Assembly (NCBI GenBank): GCA_023386045.1
Contig: JAEWKK010000008.1
Location: 34,653 to 98,652 of the forward strand
From: Bacteroidota bacterium
GTDB taxonomy: Bacteria; Bacteroidota; Bacteroidia; Chitinophagales; Chitinophagaceae
Reading direction: 5' to 3'
Length of the DNA stretch: 64,000 nucleotides
This document shows, one piece after another, positions 36,696 through 47,034 of this stretch. A model generated the notes under the pieces. That model searched no databases and had not been told where the DNA came from. It saw nothing but the letters and a program-made list of their open reading frames with translations. Each line of letters opens with the position of its first letter. Within the stretch, counting starts at the first letter, position 1. The position numbers and the translations under genes were made by a program.

Positions 36696-37472
36696 ATGCA
36701 ATATTCGATCAAAGAGGAAGGAAAGTTCAAATACATAGAAGAAGGTGAGGGAGAACCGCTGATGCTGTTGCATGGGCTTTTCGGGGCATTGAGTAATTTC
36801 AAGGACCTGATCGAGCATTTCCGCCATACACATAAAGTGGTGGTGCCCATGCTTCCATTGTTTGATCTTGATATTTTACATACTTCTGTTGGCGGACTGG
36901 CCAAGCATGTATATAAATTCATTGAACTTAAAGATTACAGGAATATTCATTTATTGGGTAATTCCCTCGGTGGTCATGTTGGCCTTGTTCATGTGTTGAA
37001 ACATCCTGAAAGGATCAAATCACTCATTTTAACTGGCAGCTCAGGACTTTTTGAGAATGGCATGGGAGATACTTATCCCCGTCGCGGCGATTATGAATAC
37101 ATCAGGAAAAAAACAGAAGTCACATTTTATGATCCCAAAACCGCAACCGAAGAACTGGTAAATGAAGTATTTGAAATTACCCGTAACAGGTTGAAGGTCA
37201 TAAAGATCATTGCACTTGCCAAAAGTGCCATCAGGAATAATCTTGGCGAAGAATTAAATAATATCCAGCAACCTACGTTATTGATCTGGGGAAACAACGA
37301 TACGATCACACCGCCATTCGTGGCACGCGAATTTCACAGGTTGATCCCAAAGAGCGAACTTCATTTTATTGATAAATGTGGTCATGCCCCCATGATGGAG
37401 CAACCACAGGAGTTCAACGTGATTTTGGACAAATTTTTGAAAAAACTAAATGAGCCTGCAACAGTTGCATAA
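36696..37472 (+). CDS. Alpha/beta hydrolase
   Basis: HG oxyanion motif (LLHGLFG), nucleophile elbow GNSLGG, and a C-terminal His (CGHAPMME). Confidence 0.88.
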   Translation: MQYSIKEEGKFKYIEEGEGEPLMLLHGLFGALSNFKDLIEHFRHTHKVVVPMLPLFDLDILHTSVGGLAKHVYKFIELKDYRNIHLLGNSLGGHVGLVHVLKHPERIKSLILTGSSGLFENGMGDTYPRRGDYEYIRKKTEVTFYDPKTATEELVNEVFEITRNRLKVIKIIALAKSAIRNNLGEELNNIQQPTLLIWGNNDTITPPFVAREFHRLIPKSELHFIDKCGHAPMMEQPQEFNVILDKFLKKLNEPATVA

Positions 37473-37504
37473 GCTCAGGTGTCTTTTACCAGGGAACCGT
37501 TACT

Positions 37505-38161
37505 ATGTTAACCCGTGATCTCATATCGAACTCTATTCCATACCTGCATAAGGACGATAAAGTCTTTCATGCACTACAGCTCATGAACGACTACCATGTG
37601 GCACATCTCCCGGTAGTAGAGAACGAAAGTTACCTGGGTATTATCAGCGAAGAACAACTCCTTCAAAGTGATGATGAAAAAACCATCAAACAGTTAAATG
37701 TTACCGATGGAACCACATCGGTACAGGCACGGGATCATTTTCTGAAAGCCATTCAAACTGCCGTCATCAATAAACTCAGCATCGTACCGGTTGTGGAAGA
37801 AAAACAACTGGTTGGGATAGTTACCTATAATGATCTGCTCCGCAACGCTTCTGAATTTCTCAACCTCAATGAACCAGGTGCACTGATTGTTCTTGAACTT
37901 GATAAGAATAATTACTCATTCAGTGAGATCAACAGGATTGTTGAATCCAATGATGCACAAATCACGCAGCTGAATACTTTTACAGATCCTGAAACCGGAC
38001 TTACACAGGTTACCATCAGGTTAAGTAAACTCGAAGTTTCAGATATCATTGCCACTTTCCAGCGCTACGAATACAATGTCAAATATTATTTTGGTGAAGA
38101 GCTCTATGAGAATGAAATGCGCACCAACTACGATAATCTTATGAATTATCTTAAGATATAG
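37505..38161 (+). CDS. CBS domain-containing protein
   Basis: A tandem CBS pair (HLPVVENESYLGIISEEQL, IVPVVEEKQLVGIVTYNDL) plus an ACT-like C-terminal domain. Confidence 0.75.
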   Translation: MLTRDLISNSIPYLHKDDKVFHALQLMNDYHVAHLPVVENESYLGIISEEQLLQSDDEKTIKQLNVTDGTTSVQARDHFLKAIQTAVINKLSIVPVVEEKQLVGIVTYNDLLRNASEFLNLNEPGALIVLELDKNNYSFSEINRIVESNDAQITQLNTFTDPETGLTQVTIRLSKLEVSDIIATFQRYEYNVKYYFGEELYENEMRTNYDNLMNYLKI

Positions 38162-38241
38162 CCTTCCTTTCTATTCTATTCTTTCCTTTTTTTAAACCGG
38201 GTATCATTTTTTAGTAATTATTGTTGAAATTGTGAGGATTG

Positions 38242-39702
38242 ATGAGGATTGCCCGAAAACATGCTTGCTTCTTCCTGTTCCTTGGATTCTGTAAATCCGG
38301 CCTTTCGCAGCTCGCTGGCGATCACACGATCTATTCTACCAGTGAAACCATTCAATACAATCAACATACAGTTTCTGATACCAACAATGTAAGCCAGGAT
38401 CTTATTATCCGCAGGATCATTGTCACAGGTAACAGAAAAACAAAACCTGATGTTATTCTTCGTGAATTACCCTTCCAGGTAGATGAAGCCTATTCACTGG
38501 AACTTATCACGGAAAACTTTCAGAAAGCCAGGAAAAACCTGATGAACTCAGGGCTGTTTCAGCAGGTAGTGGTTTCCCTGCAATCAATGAATGGAAATGA
38601 AGTCTATGTTCATGTGGAAGTAAAAGAAAAATGGTACCTCTGGCCAAAGCCTTTTCTGAAAACAGTTGACAAAAATTTTCAACAGTGGTGGAAGGAAGGC
38701 AATGGAGATATGAATCGCGTAAACTATGGCATCAGGTTAACGCATAATAATTTCACCGGCCGTAATGATAAGCTCAACCTGGCTGTCATGAATGGTTATA
38801 CCAGGCAGATCAGCCTTCAGTACTATGGCTTGTTTCTCGATAATGAATTGAAATGGTCTGTCAATGGTGGCTTCTCGTTGGGAAAGAACCGCGAGGTAAA
38901 TTATATGACCAGGGAAAACAAGCCTGTAGCTGTTCGCAATAATTCCTATCTGCGCTCTTATCTTACATGGTTTGCTGAACTTAGTTACAGACCTGCCATC
39001 AAAACCAAGCACACAGTTGGTATTGGTTATAGTTTTGAAAAAGTAGATGATACGATTGCCAAGCTCAATCCTTATTTTTCTTCCAGTGAAAGCCGGATAC
39101 GTGTTCCGGAACTGAGTTATAAGATGAACTATTTTGATGTGGACTTCATTCCATATCCAACCAAAGGATATATTGCCGAACTCAGTTTAAAAAGAAAAGG
39201 TTTTAGTGATCCTGTTAACCTCTGGCAGTTTACAGCAAAGGGATCGGGTACATGGCCTGTTCATAAAAATTACTTCTTCAACCTGAGTGCTGTAGGTATG
39301 GTAAAACTTCCATTCAGGCAACCCTATATCACCAACCAGTTCATTGGGCATGACAACCAGTTCCTGCAGGGCTATGAAAATTATGTGATCGATGGGGTGG
39401 CAGGAGGATATTCAAAAGCCACGCTCACGAGGCAAATTCTGAATACACATATCAGGATACCATCTAAGAAGATCGAAAGATTAAATGCCATTCCACTGAA
39501 AGTTTTTGCGAAGACCTTTATCAATGCAGGATATGTTTATTCTCCACATGCCGGATACAATCAGTTGAACAACCAGTTTGTTTATTCAGGAGGCCTTGGT
39601 CTTGATATTGTAGCCTTCACCGACTTTGTCATCAAAATAGAATGGAGCTTTAATCGTTTAGGTGAGAATGGGCTATATTTACACAAACGCAATTATTTCT
39701 AA
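38242..39702 (+). CDS. BamA/TamA family outer membrane protein (single POTRA + Omp85 barrel)
   Basis: POTRA segment RRIIVTGNRKTKPDVILRELPFQVDE followed by a beta-barrel with a terminal aromatic residue (NYF). Confidence 0.75.
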   Translation: MRIARKHACFFLFLGFCKSGLSQLAGDHTIYSTSETIQYNQHTVSDTNNVSQDLIIRRIIVTGNRKTKPDVILRELPFQVDEAYSLELITENFQKARKNLMNSGLFQQVVVSLQSMNGNEVYVHVEVKEKWYLWPKPFLKTVDKNFQQWWKEGNGDMNRVNYGIRLTHNNFTGRNDKLNLAVMNGYTRQISLQYYGLFLDNELKWSVNGGFSLGKNREVNYMTRENKPVAVRNNSYLRSYLTWFAELSYRPAIKTKHTVGIGYSFEKVDDTIAKLNPYFSSSESRIRVPELSYKMNYFDVDFIPYPTKGYIAELSLKRKGFSDPVNLWQFTAKGSGTWPVHKNYFFNLSAVGMVKLPFRQPYITNQFIGHDNQFLQGYENYVIDGVAGGYSKATLTRQILNTHIRIPSKKIERLNAIPLKVFAKTFINAGYVYSPHAGYNQLNNQFVYSGGLGLDIVAFTDFVIKIEWSFNRLGENGLYLHKRNYF

Positions 39703-39765
39703 CCAGTTCATGCGTTTTGCAGCTTAAAAAATCTGCAAATCCGTAACCGGTGAACGTTTATCAAG

Positions 39766-40644
39766 ATGAAGGTAGCCATTTATAGCAGGGTGCTGGAATC
39801 AACCCAGCAAAAGGATGTACAGCTTTTTTTTGATGAACTGGACAAGGAAAAAATTGTTCCGGTAGTCTTTCAATCATTCCTTAACGATGCAGGCCATCAT
39901 CTTCAATTGCCTTCTTCCACTGAAACATTTTCATCTCACGAAGACCTTACAGAAGAAATAGATTTCGTGATCAGCCTGGGTGGCGATGGAACCCTGCTCG
40001 ACACAGTTACATTGGTGCGCGACAAAAAAATTCCCATCGTAGGTATCAACTTCGGCAGGCTGGGGTTTCTTGCCAGCATTGGCCGGAATGAAATGGCAGA
40101 AGCAGTAAAGGCACTGGCAAGGCGTTCTTATATCATTGATAAAAGAGCGCTCATTCACCTTGATTCCAACATTCCACTTTTTAATGACGTGCCCTATGCC
40201 CTGAATGAATTTGCCATTCATAAAAGAGATACGGCACCCATGATCAAGATCCATACTTACCTGAATGGTGAGTTGCTGAATACTTACTGGGCAGATGGAC
40301 TGATCCTGTCCACGCCTACAGGATCTACTGGTTATTCACTGAGTTGCGGCGGCCCTGTGGTTTTTCCTGATGCCTGCAGCTTTGTACTCACCCCAATTGC
40401 GCCACATAACCTGAATGTGCGTTCTATTGTAATACCAGACAATACCATTGTTTCTTTTGAAGTGGAAAGCCGTTCAGATGATATTATCTGTTCCCTGGAT
40501 TCTCGCAGGGAAATCGTTGATAAGAATGTGCTGCTGGCTGTACGCAGGGAAAACTTCATGGTGAATCTTGTCAGACTGAACGAAAATAACTTCCTGCAGA
40601 TGCTGAGGAATAAGCTTTCGTGGGGATTGGATAAGAGAAACTGA
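39766..40644 (+). CDS. nadK: NAD kinase
   Basis: GGDGTLL, NFGRLGFL and STPTGSTGYSLS motifs. Confidence 0.92.
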   Translation: MKVAIYSRVLESTQQKDVQLFFDELDKEKIVPVVFQSFLNDAGHHLQLPSSTETFSSHEDLTEEIDFVISLGGDGTLLDTVTLVRDKKIPIVGINFGRLGFLASIGRNEMAEAVKALARRSYIIDKRALIHLDSNIPLFNDVPYALNEFAIHKRDTAPMIKIHTYLNGELLNTYWADGLILSTPTGSTGYSLSCGGPVVFPDACSFVLTPIAPHNLNVRSIVIPDNTIVSFEVESRSDDIICSLDSRREIVDKNVLLAVRRENFMVNLVRLNENNFLQMLRNKLSWGLDKRN

Positions 40645-40695
40645 GTGATGGTGAATGGTGAGTAGTGAGTGGTGAGTGGTGAGTGGTTTGGTTTG
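40643..40695. repeat. Heptanucleotide array, family B (GGTGAGT, about 7 units), starting inside the nadK stop codon
   Basis: Following the tGA stop comes gtgat ggtgaat ggtgagt agtgagt ggtgagt ggtgagt ggtttgg tttg. It lies between the convergent genes nadK and the FGE-like gene. Confidence 0.9.
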
Positions 40696-40711
40696 AATAG
40701 TTCTTTTGTTT

Positions 40712-41581
40712 TTATTGGTTAGAGTTAGAATTGTCTTTCTTCTTTATGATAATGATGGGCCGGAAACCAATTGTGGGAGAAGGTTGATCATAACTTGCTT
40801 CGGCACGGATTTGAATATTTCCTCCATAATCGTCAAAGCTTCCACCTACAGCCTTTCCTTTTTCCTGAACCATTTCCGCTGCGTTGCCGCACATATTGTA
40901 TAATCCAAAATCGTTGGGAGGGAAACTTTTTATGGTTGATGTATAGGTTCGTGTGCCTATCGGTTCAGCAACTTCAACCTTGCCAGTACTGCGACTCCTG
41001 TAAATGTACTGGTCCTTCACTACCTTAAAATTGCACATGGGTTCTCCTTTTTTATTACGCAGGTAATATTGTCCCCACGGAAACATTGCCTGGCTTCGTC
41101 CTCCCATTGCAGCCCAGATCCATTCATTGCGGGAGGGAAGCCTGACTTCAATTTCAAATTGAGGATTGTTAACCTGGATTTTTTCCTCTAACCACTTGCA
41201 ATAAGCTGAAGCGCCTTCATAACTTATATTGACCACAGGATACTGATCAAATGCCGGATTGCTGAAATAATGTGCTTTCATAGGATCGGCATCTTTAAAT
41301 TCCCTCGACCAGCCCGCACTGTCACAGGCAATGGTTGCCTTTTCAGTTGCATTCATATGCAGGGAAACCTCCTTAAAGAATTCACGGTATTGGCGGTTGC
41401 TGACTTCAAATTTTGACATGTAAAAGGAAGCCACTTGTATCCTGTTTGTGTCGGGGGTGAGCATGAACCTACCTTCTGGTATGCGTACAAAATCAGTTGG
41501 AAGCTTTAGCTTGTCTTTAGGCCCGCTTTGAAATGAAACCAGGATCAGAAAGAACAGGGCAAAGAGGTTATAAGTTCGCAT
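40712..41581 (-). CDS. Formylglycine-generating-enzyme (SUMF1) fold family protein, secreted
   Basis: FYMSKFEVSNRQYREF, YNMCGNAAEMV and IGFRP motifs of the FGE-sulfatase domain, plus a signal peptide. Confidence 0.8.
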   Translation of the reverse strand: MRTYNLFALFFLILVSFQSGPKDKLKLPTDFVRIPEGRFMLTPDTNRIQVASFYMSKFEVSNRQYREFFKEVSLHMNATEKATIACDSAGWSREFKDADPMKAHYFSNPAFDQYPVVNISYEGASAYCKWLEEKIQVNNPQFEIEVRLPSRNEWIWAAMGGRSQAMFPWGQYYLRNKKGEPMCNFKVVKDQYIYRSRSTGKVEVAEPIGTRTYTSTIKSFPPNDFGLYNMCGNAAEMVQEKGKAVGGSFDDYGGNIQIRAEASYDQPSPTIGFRPIIIIKKKDNSNSNQ

Positions 41582-41752
41582 GAGCAGTTTTCAGATAAAC
41601 GCTACTTATTCATTTTTTATTATATAGTTTGGCATAGCTTCCCTGATCCATTGCAGGAAGCCTTTACACATGGGCTTCATTTAATTCTTGCCCATCATAC
41701 CAAATACTCCTATTTTGCGTTACAATCCAGAGCTAAATATTATTTTGCAATT

Positions 41753-42592
41753 ATGAGAAAGTTTTTGGCAGCGACATTGATCTGCTTACCGGCATTTGTA
41801 TTTTCACAAAATGCCATTGTTCAGGAAGGTGAATTTGGTGTTGGTATTGGTGCCGCCCATTATTTTGGCGACCTTAATACAAGGGCAAAACTTAACAGGC
41901 CCAAGCCCGCGGCCAGCATCTTCTTCCGTAAAAATTTCGGCAATTATATCGCCCTTCGTGTAGCTGGCAGCTTTGCCATGCTGGGTTATTCAGATGTTTA
42001 CAATACGCACAATGAAACCATGCGCCGCCGAAACCTCAGCTTCAATACCAATGTCTGGGAACTTGGTTTGCAGGGAGATTTCAACTTTTACCGCTTCATG
42101 CCCGGCGATCCTGATTTCAGGTGGACGCCCTACGTTACTTTGGGAGCAAGTATTTTCAACTACAATCCTTACGCTTACCTGAATGGTGAAAAACATGACC
42201 TGCGTCCCCTGGGAACAGAAGGCCAGGGACTGGATAGCAGCGGCAAACAACCTTACAGTTCCATGGCCCTTGCCATACCTTTCGGTGTGGGTATAAAATA
42301 TTCCATCAATGAAAGGATCAACGTAGGTTTCGAGATCGTTCACCGCTATACCGGAACAGATTACCTGGATGATGTGAGTACTACTTATGCTGATAAATCA
42401 CTTTTCCCTCCTAATCCTGACGGCTCACCAAGCGCCGCTTATCTTTTATCGGACAGGTCCTATGAAACAGGAGATCCTATCGGTATCAAGGGAAGACAGA
42501 GAGGTAACAGCAAGAACAAGGACCAGTTTGTAACTGCCCTTCTTTACATCAGCTTCAACCTCCAGTCTTACAAATGTCCTTCAGCCAATTAA
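41753..42592 (+). CDS. Outer membrane beta-barrel protein (DUF6089-like)
   Basis: Signal peptide MRKFLAATLICLPAFVFSQ followed by alternating beta-strand pattern. Its position upstream of uppS-bamA is as in other Bacteroidota. The start was moved to 41753. Confidence 0.65.
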   Translation: MRKFLAATLICLPAFVFSQNAIVQEGEFGVGIGAAHYFGDLNTRAKLNRPKPAASIFFRKNFGNYIALRVAGSFAMLGYSDVYNTHNETMRRRNLSFNTNVWELGLQGDFNFYRFMPGDPDFRWTPYVTLGASIFNYNPYAYLNGEKHDLRPLGTEGQGLDSSGKQPYSSMALAIPFGVGIKYSINERINVGFEIVHRYTGTDYLDDVSTTYADKSLFPPNPDGSPSAAYLLSDRSYETGDPIGIKGRQRGNSKNKDQFVTALLYISFNLQSYKCPSAN

Positions 42593-42622
42593 GAACTTAG
42601 TTGAAAGAAATAAAAACATTGA

Positions 42623-42647
42623 AACACGGCAGGTCCGTGTTTTTTTA
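42623..42647 (+). terminator. Intrinsic terminator
   Basis: AACACGG-caggt-CCGTGTT followed by TTTTTTATT. Confidence 0.85.
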
Positions 42648-42748
42648 TTGACTTTAAGTTGGGAGAATTGAAAAGGACTCGAGGCAACGTTCCTGGATGA
42701 ATTCACAGTGGCTGTTGCATTTTTTCTGATGCAGCACCAAAGGAATCT

Positions 42749-42756
42749 TATTTTTG
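42749..42756 (+). promoter_or_regulatory. Bacteroidota -7 promoter box TATTTTTG upstream of uppS
   Basis: An exact TAnnTTTG match ends 9 nt before the ATG at 42766. Confidence 0.35.
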
Positions 42757-42765
42757 CCGCAAGCT

Positions 42766-43515
42766 ATGACAGACCTATTGCCACAAATTGATAAGAGCCG
42801 GCTACCGCGCCACATCGCCATCATCATGGATGGCAATGGTCGTTGGGCCAAGGAACAGGGCCAGGACCGTTTGTTCGGCCATTACCATGGAGTCGAAAGT
42901 GTGCGTGATATTGTGGAAGGCTGCGCGGAACTGGGTATTGGTTATCTGACACTCTATGCCTTCTCCACCGAAAACTGGGACAGGCCTCAATATGAAGTGG
43001 TAGGCCTGATGGAATTACTGGTGACCACCATCCGCAATGAAGTGGAAAGCCTTGATAAGAATAATATCCGCCTGCACGTGATTGGTGACCTGAACATGCT
43101 TCCCGATTATGCCCGGAATGAATTGCAGGAAGCACTCGAGATCACCAGCAAGAACACCGGACTGAATCTGATCATGGCCCTCAGTTACAGCGGCCGATGG
43201 GAGCTGCTCAATGCTGTGAAAAATATTGCCTGGGAAGTGCGTGAAGGCAAGCTTGCAGTTGAAGAGATTGACCAGGATACACTACAACGTTATCTCTGCA
43301 CAAGCGCTTTTCCCGATCCTGAATTAATGATCAGGACCAGTGGTGAATACAGGATCAGTAATTTTCTGCTTTACCAGCTGGCCTATGCCGAGCTGTATTT
43401 TACCAATGTGCGCTGGCCAGATTTCAGAAAACAAAACCTTTACGAAGCCATCCTGGATTTTCAGAACCGTGAAAGACGCTTCGGAAAAACCAGCGAGCAG
43501 GTACAAACGGTATAG
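42766..43515 (+). CDS. uppS: Isoprenyl transferase (undecaprenyl diphosphate synthase)
   Basis: HIAIIMDGNGRWA, FSTENW and RTSGEYRISNFLLYQ motifs. ATG 42766 is preferred to TTG 42754. Confidence 0.92.
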   Translation: MTDLLPQIDKSRLPRHIAIIMDGNGRWAKEQGQDRLFGHYHGVESVRDIVEGCAELGIGYLTLYAFSTENWDRPQYEVVGLMELLVTTIRNEVESLDKNNIRLHVIGDLNMLPDYARNELQEALEITSKNTGLNLIMALSYSGRWELLNAVKNIAWEVREGKLAVEEIDQDTLQRYLCTSAFPDPELMIRTSGEYRISNFLLYQLAYAELYFTNVRWPDFRKQNLYEAILDFQNRERRFGKTSEQVQTV

Positions 43516-43658
43516 CCAATGAATATTTTTGCCAGGATGAATGCCTGAATTTAAGGGCCTGAGAAGCCTATTTCTTTAACAAAACCGTTTGAAAATTACC
43601 TTTAATTTGCCCACCCAAACTGCGGTTACCAATTGCTTTATTGACTGAACTATTCAAC

Positions 43659-46403
43659 ATGCAACGATTTCTGTCCTTTTTATTCATCCTCATTCTCGGT
43701 GCTGTTACTTCTGTTTCATTTGCCCAGGATACCACAAAAGTAACCTCAGTAGATCCTGACCTTCTTGCCTTGCAGAATGCAAGAATACCAAAGGAGTATA
43801 CTATTCGCTCTATCAAAACAACAGGTGTTACTACGCTGGATACAGCCATCATTCTATCCATTTCGGGTTTACAACCTGGCGATAAGGTAATGCTTCCGGG
43901 TTCTGATGTTTTTGCTAAAGCGATCACCAATCTTTGGCGCCAGCGATTTTTCTCCAATGTGGAGATCTACATCACTGCAGTTCAGGAAGATTACATTGAT
44001 CTTGAATTAAATGTTGTTGAAAGACCCAAACTGGGAAATTTCAATTTTATAGGTATCAAGAAATCTGAAAAAGAAGACCTGATCAGCAAGATCCACCTGG
44101 TGAAAGGAACCATCATCACTGAAAACACCAAGCGCAATGCAAGGGAAGTGATTGAGAAATACTACCGCGATAAAGGTTTCATGAATGTGCAGATCGAGAT
44201 CGAAGAAAAGGCAGATCCTTCTTACATCAATGCAAATTCTCTTACATTTTTCATAGACAAGCGCAACAAAGTTCGTGTCAACGAGATCAACTTTTATGGC
44301 AATGAAACGGTTACAGACCTCAAGCTGAAAAAGCAAATGAAGGGTACAAAGGAAATGAGCAAATTCACGCTTAATCCTGCGGAAACACCTAGCCCTTATG
44401 GTAAAAATGAAAGGATGTCGTTTGGAGAATACATGAAGGACTGGGGCTTTTTATCTGTTACCAAAACAAAAAACCTGCTTGATCCTTACTTCCGTTTCAA
44501 ATTTTTCAGCGGAGCGAAATTTGACCGCGCAAAATATATCGAAGACAAGGATGCCATCCTTCAATACTATAATTCTCTTGGTTACAGAGATGCACAGATC
44601 GTCCAGGATACCCAGTACTATAATAAAGAAGGCAACCTGCAGGTGGACCTGAAGATCGATGAAGGAAATAAATATTATTTCGGCAACATCGCCTGGAGAG
44701 GAAACACCAAATACTCCGATTCACTTCTCACTGCCATTCTTGGTATTCAAAAAGGTGATGTATACAATATTGATGTGCTGAACAAAAGACTGGGTAAGCA
44801 GCTCAGTGCCGAAGGTGGTGACATCAGTGGTTTGTACATGGATGATGGTTACCTGTTTTTCCGTGTTGACCCTGTTGAGACAGCGGTATATAATGATACG
44901 ATCGATCACGAGATCAGGATTGTTGAAGGACCGCAGGCTCGTTATCGTACGATTGCCATCACTGGTAATGAAAAGACCAAGGACTATGTAATCCGTCGCG
45001 AGCTAAGAACACTTCCTGGTGAATTGTTCAGCCGTTCGGATCTGATCCGTTCCCAGCGTGAACTGGCTGCATTGAATTTCTTTAACCAGGAAAAAATCAA
45101 TCCGAATGTGGTTCCCAACCAGGAAGACGGAACGGTTGATGTAACCTGGGAGCTTGAAGAAAAATCTTCTGACCAACTTGAGCTTTCTGCCGGCTGGGGT
45201 GGTGGTGTAGGACTTACAGGAACACTTGGTGTGACCTTTAATAATTTCTCGATCAAAAATATTTTCAAGAGAGAAGCATGGGATCCATTGCCACAGGGTG
45301 ATGGACAGAAACTGAGCTTGCGTTACCAGTCCAATGGTCGTGCCTATAGCTCGTATAACTTTTCATTTACTGAACCATGGCTGGGTGGTAAGAAAAGAAA
45401 TTCTTTGACGCTCTCTTTATTCCGCAGCAAGTTTTCCAATGCTTACAATTTTGAAACGCAGCGTTTTGATAAAAGAAAATCAGATACTAATTATCTGAAG
45501 ACAACAGGCGTTACCGTTTCATTGGGCAAGCAGTTGAAATGGCCGGATGATTATTTCAGCCTGGTATATGCGCTGAATTTCACCCAGTACAACCTGCGCA
45601 ACTATCCTGGATTTTTCCGTTTGTCTGATGGTACGGAGCTCAGTACGGGTAAATCAACCACGGTGAGTTTGAAACTGGGTCTGCAACGTTCATCTGTTTT
45701 TGATCCTACTTTCCCAAGGTTTGGTTCCAACATTGTTGCAAGTGTGCAGTTGACGCCACCATATTCCTTATTGAATCCAAGCCTGGTTGATTCCAAGAAT
45801 CCATACAAGAATCCTGAATATCATAAATGGCGTTTCAATGCTGAATGGTTTGTACCAATAGGTAAGCCTATGGGTGCTGAAAAGAACAGGCAGTTTGTTT
45901 TGAAGATGGCAGCTAAATATGGATTCATGGGTCGTTATAACAGGAAGCTTGACTTCTCACCATTTGAACGCTTCCAGGTGGGTGGTGATGGTCTGACCAA
46001 CAGTTTTGGTTTGCTGGGGTATGATATCATTTCACTTCGTGGTTACCCGGTGTTTGATTATTCTGATCCATCTGTTAATAATGCTGACCAGTCCAACGCC
46101 AGCAGGTATTTCACCATCTTTAACAAGTATCAGCTTGAATTGCGCTATCCTCTTGTTACCAATCCAAGCAGTACTATTTATGCTCTTACATTTTTTGATG
46201 CAGCCAATGGCTGGTATTCATTCAAGAATTACAATCCATTCCGCCTGAGAAGAAGTGTGGGTGTGGGTATGCGATTCTTCCTGCCGATGTTTGGTTTGCT
46301 TGGATTTGATTATGGTTTGGGACTTGACCGCATGCAACCAGGAGAAAGCAGGTTAAAGAATGCCACCAGGTTTACATTCATGCTTGGCTTTGAGCCCGAA
46401 TAA
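43659..46403 (+). CDS. bamA: Outer membrane protein assembly factor BamA
   Basis: Signal peptide, five POTRA-like repeats, an Omp85 barrel and a C-terminal F-x-F-type ending. Approx 914 aa from the Met at 43659. Confidence 0.92.
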   Translation: MQRFLSFLFILILGAVTSVSFAQDTTKVTSVDPDLLALQNARIPKEYTIRSIKTTGVTTLDTAIILSISGLQPGDKVMLPGSDVFAKAITNLWRQRFFSNVEIYITAVQEDYIDLELNVVERPKLGNFNFIGIKKSEKEDLISKIHLVKGTIITENTKRNAREVIEKYYRDKGFMNVQIEIEEKADPSYINANSLTFFIDKRNKVRVNEINFYGNETVTDLKLKKQMKGTKEMSKFTLNPAETPSPYGKNERMSFGEYMKDWGFLSVTKTKNLLDPYFRFKFFSGAKFDRAKYIEDKDAILQYYNSLGYRDAQIVQDTQYYNKEGNLQVDLKIDEGNKYYFGNIAWRGNTKYSDSLLTAILGIQKGDVYNIDVLNKRLGKQLSAEGGDISGLYMDDGYLFFRVDPVETAVYNDTIDHEIRIVEGPQARYRTIAITGNEKTKDYVIRRELRTLPGELFSRSDLIRSQRELAALNFFNQEKINPNVVPNQEDGTVDVTWELEEKSSDQLELSAGWGGGVGLTGTLGVTFNNFSIKNIFKREAWDPLPQGDGQKLSLRYQSNGRAYSSYNFSFTEPWLGGKKRNSLTLSLFRSKFSNAYNFETQRFDKRKSDTNYLKTTGVTVSLGKQLKWPDDYFSLVYALNFTQYNLRNYPGFFRLSDGTELSTGKSTTVSLKLGLQRSSVFDPTFPRFGSNIVASVQLTPPYSLLNPSLVDSKNPYKNPEYHKWRFNAEWFVPIGKPMGAEKNRQFVLKMAAKYGFMGRYNRKLDFSPFERFQVGGDGLTNSFGLLGYDIISLRGYPVFDYSDPSVNNADQSNASRYFTIFNKYQLELRYPLVTNPSSTIYALTFFDAANGWYSFKNYNPFRLRRSVGVGMRFFLPMFGLLGFDYGLGLDRMQPGESRLKNATRFTFMLGFEPE

Positions 46404-46439
46404 GTACGGTTGATATTAAATCATATAAACCTCATAAAT

Positions 46440-46952
46440 ATGAAAAAGATCTTTTTGCTTGCCGCCTTCTGTCTTGCAATGGCTGCTGTGGGTAATGCCC
46501 AGAAGTACGCTGTTATTGATACCAAGTATATCCTGGACAAGATGCCTGAATATAAACTGGCACAAAAGCAACTCGATGATTTCGCTACTCTCTGGCAAAA
46601 AGAGATCGATGGCAAGCAAAAAGACCTGGACAAAATGTACCGTGAGTTTGAAGCAGAGCAGGTGATGCTGAGTGAAGAACTCAAGAAAAAAAGAGAAGAC
46701 CAGTTATTCATCAAGGAAAAGGAAGTGAGGGATCTTCAGCGCCAGCGTTTTGGTTTTGAAGGCGATCTATTTAAAAAAAGACAGGAGCTTGTAAAGCCGG
46801 TACAGGACAAGGTTTACAATGCTGTACAAAAGCTGGCAGTGCAAAGAGGATATGATTTTATCCTGGATAAAAGTGAAGGAATTACGGTTATATTTGCCGA
46901 CCCCAAACTGGAAAAAAGCGATGATGTGCTGAAAGAGCTGGGAGTTAAATAA
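46440..46952 (+). CDS. OmpH/Skp family periplasmic chaperone
   Basis: Signal peptide MKKIFLLAAFCLAMAAVGNAQ followed by a coiled-coil K/E/Q-rich body. It lies downstream of bamA. Confidence 0.88.
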   Translation: MKKIFLLAAFCLAMAAVGNAQKYAVIDTKYILDKMPEYKLAQKQLDDFATLWQKEIDGKQKDLDKMYREFEAEQVMLSEELKKKREDQLFIKEKEVRDLQRQRFGFEGDLFKKRQELVKPVQDKVYNAVQKLAVQRGYDFILDKSEGITVIFADPKLEKSDDVLKELGVK

Positions 46953-47034
46953 GCAAAACATTTGTAAAAGCCATTTGTAAAAGGCAACCTATCATAACAA
47001 AAACGTATCATTACCTAAACATCTCAAAACAATC

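Noticed and set aside
43568-43957. 129-aa minus-strand ORF at the bamA 5' end
   Set aside because: It is antisense to the bamA signal peptide and POTRA1 region and has no motifs.
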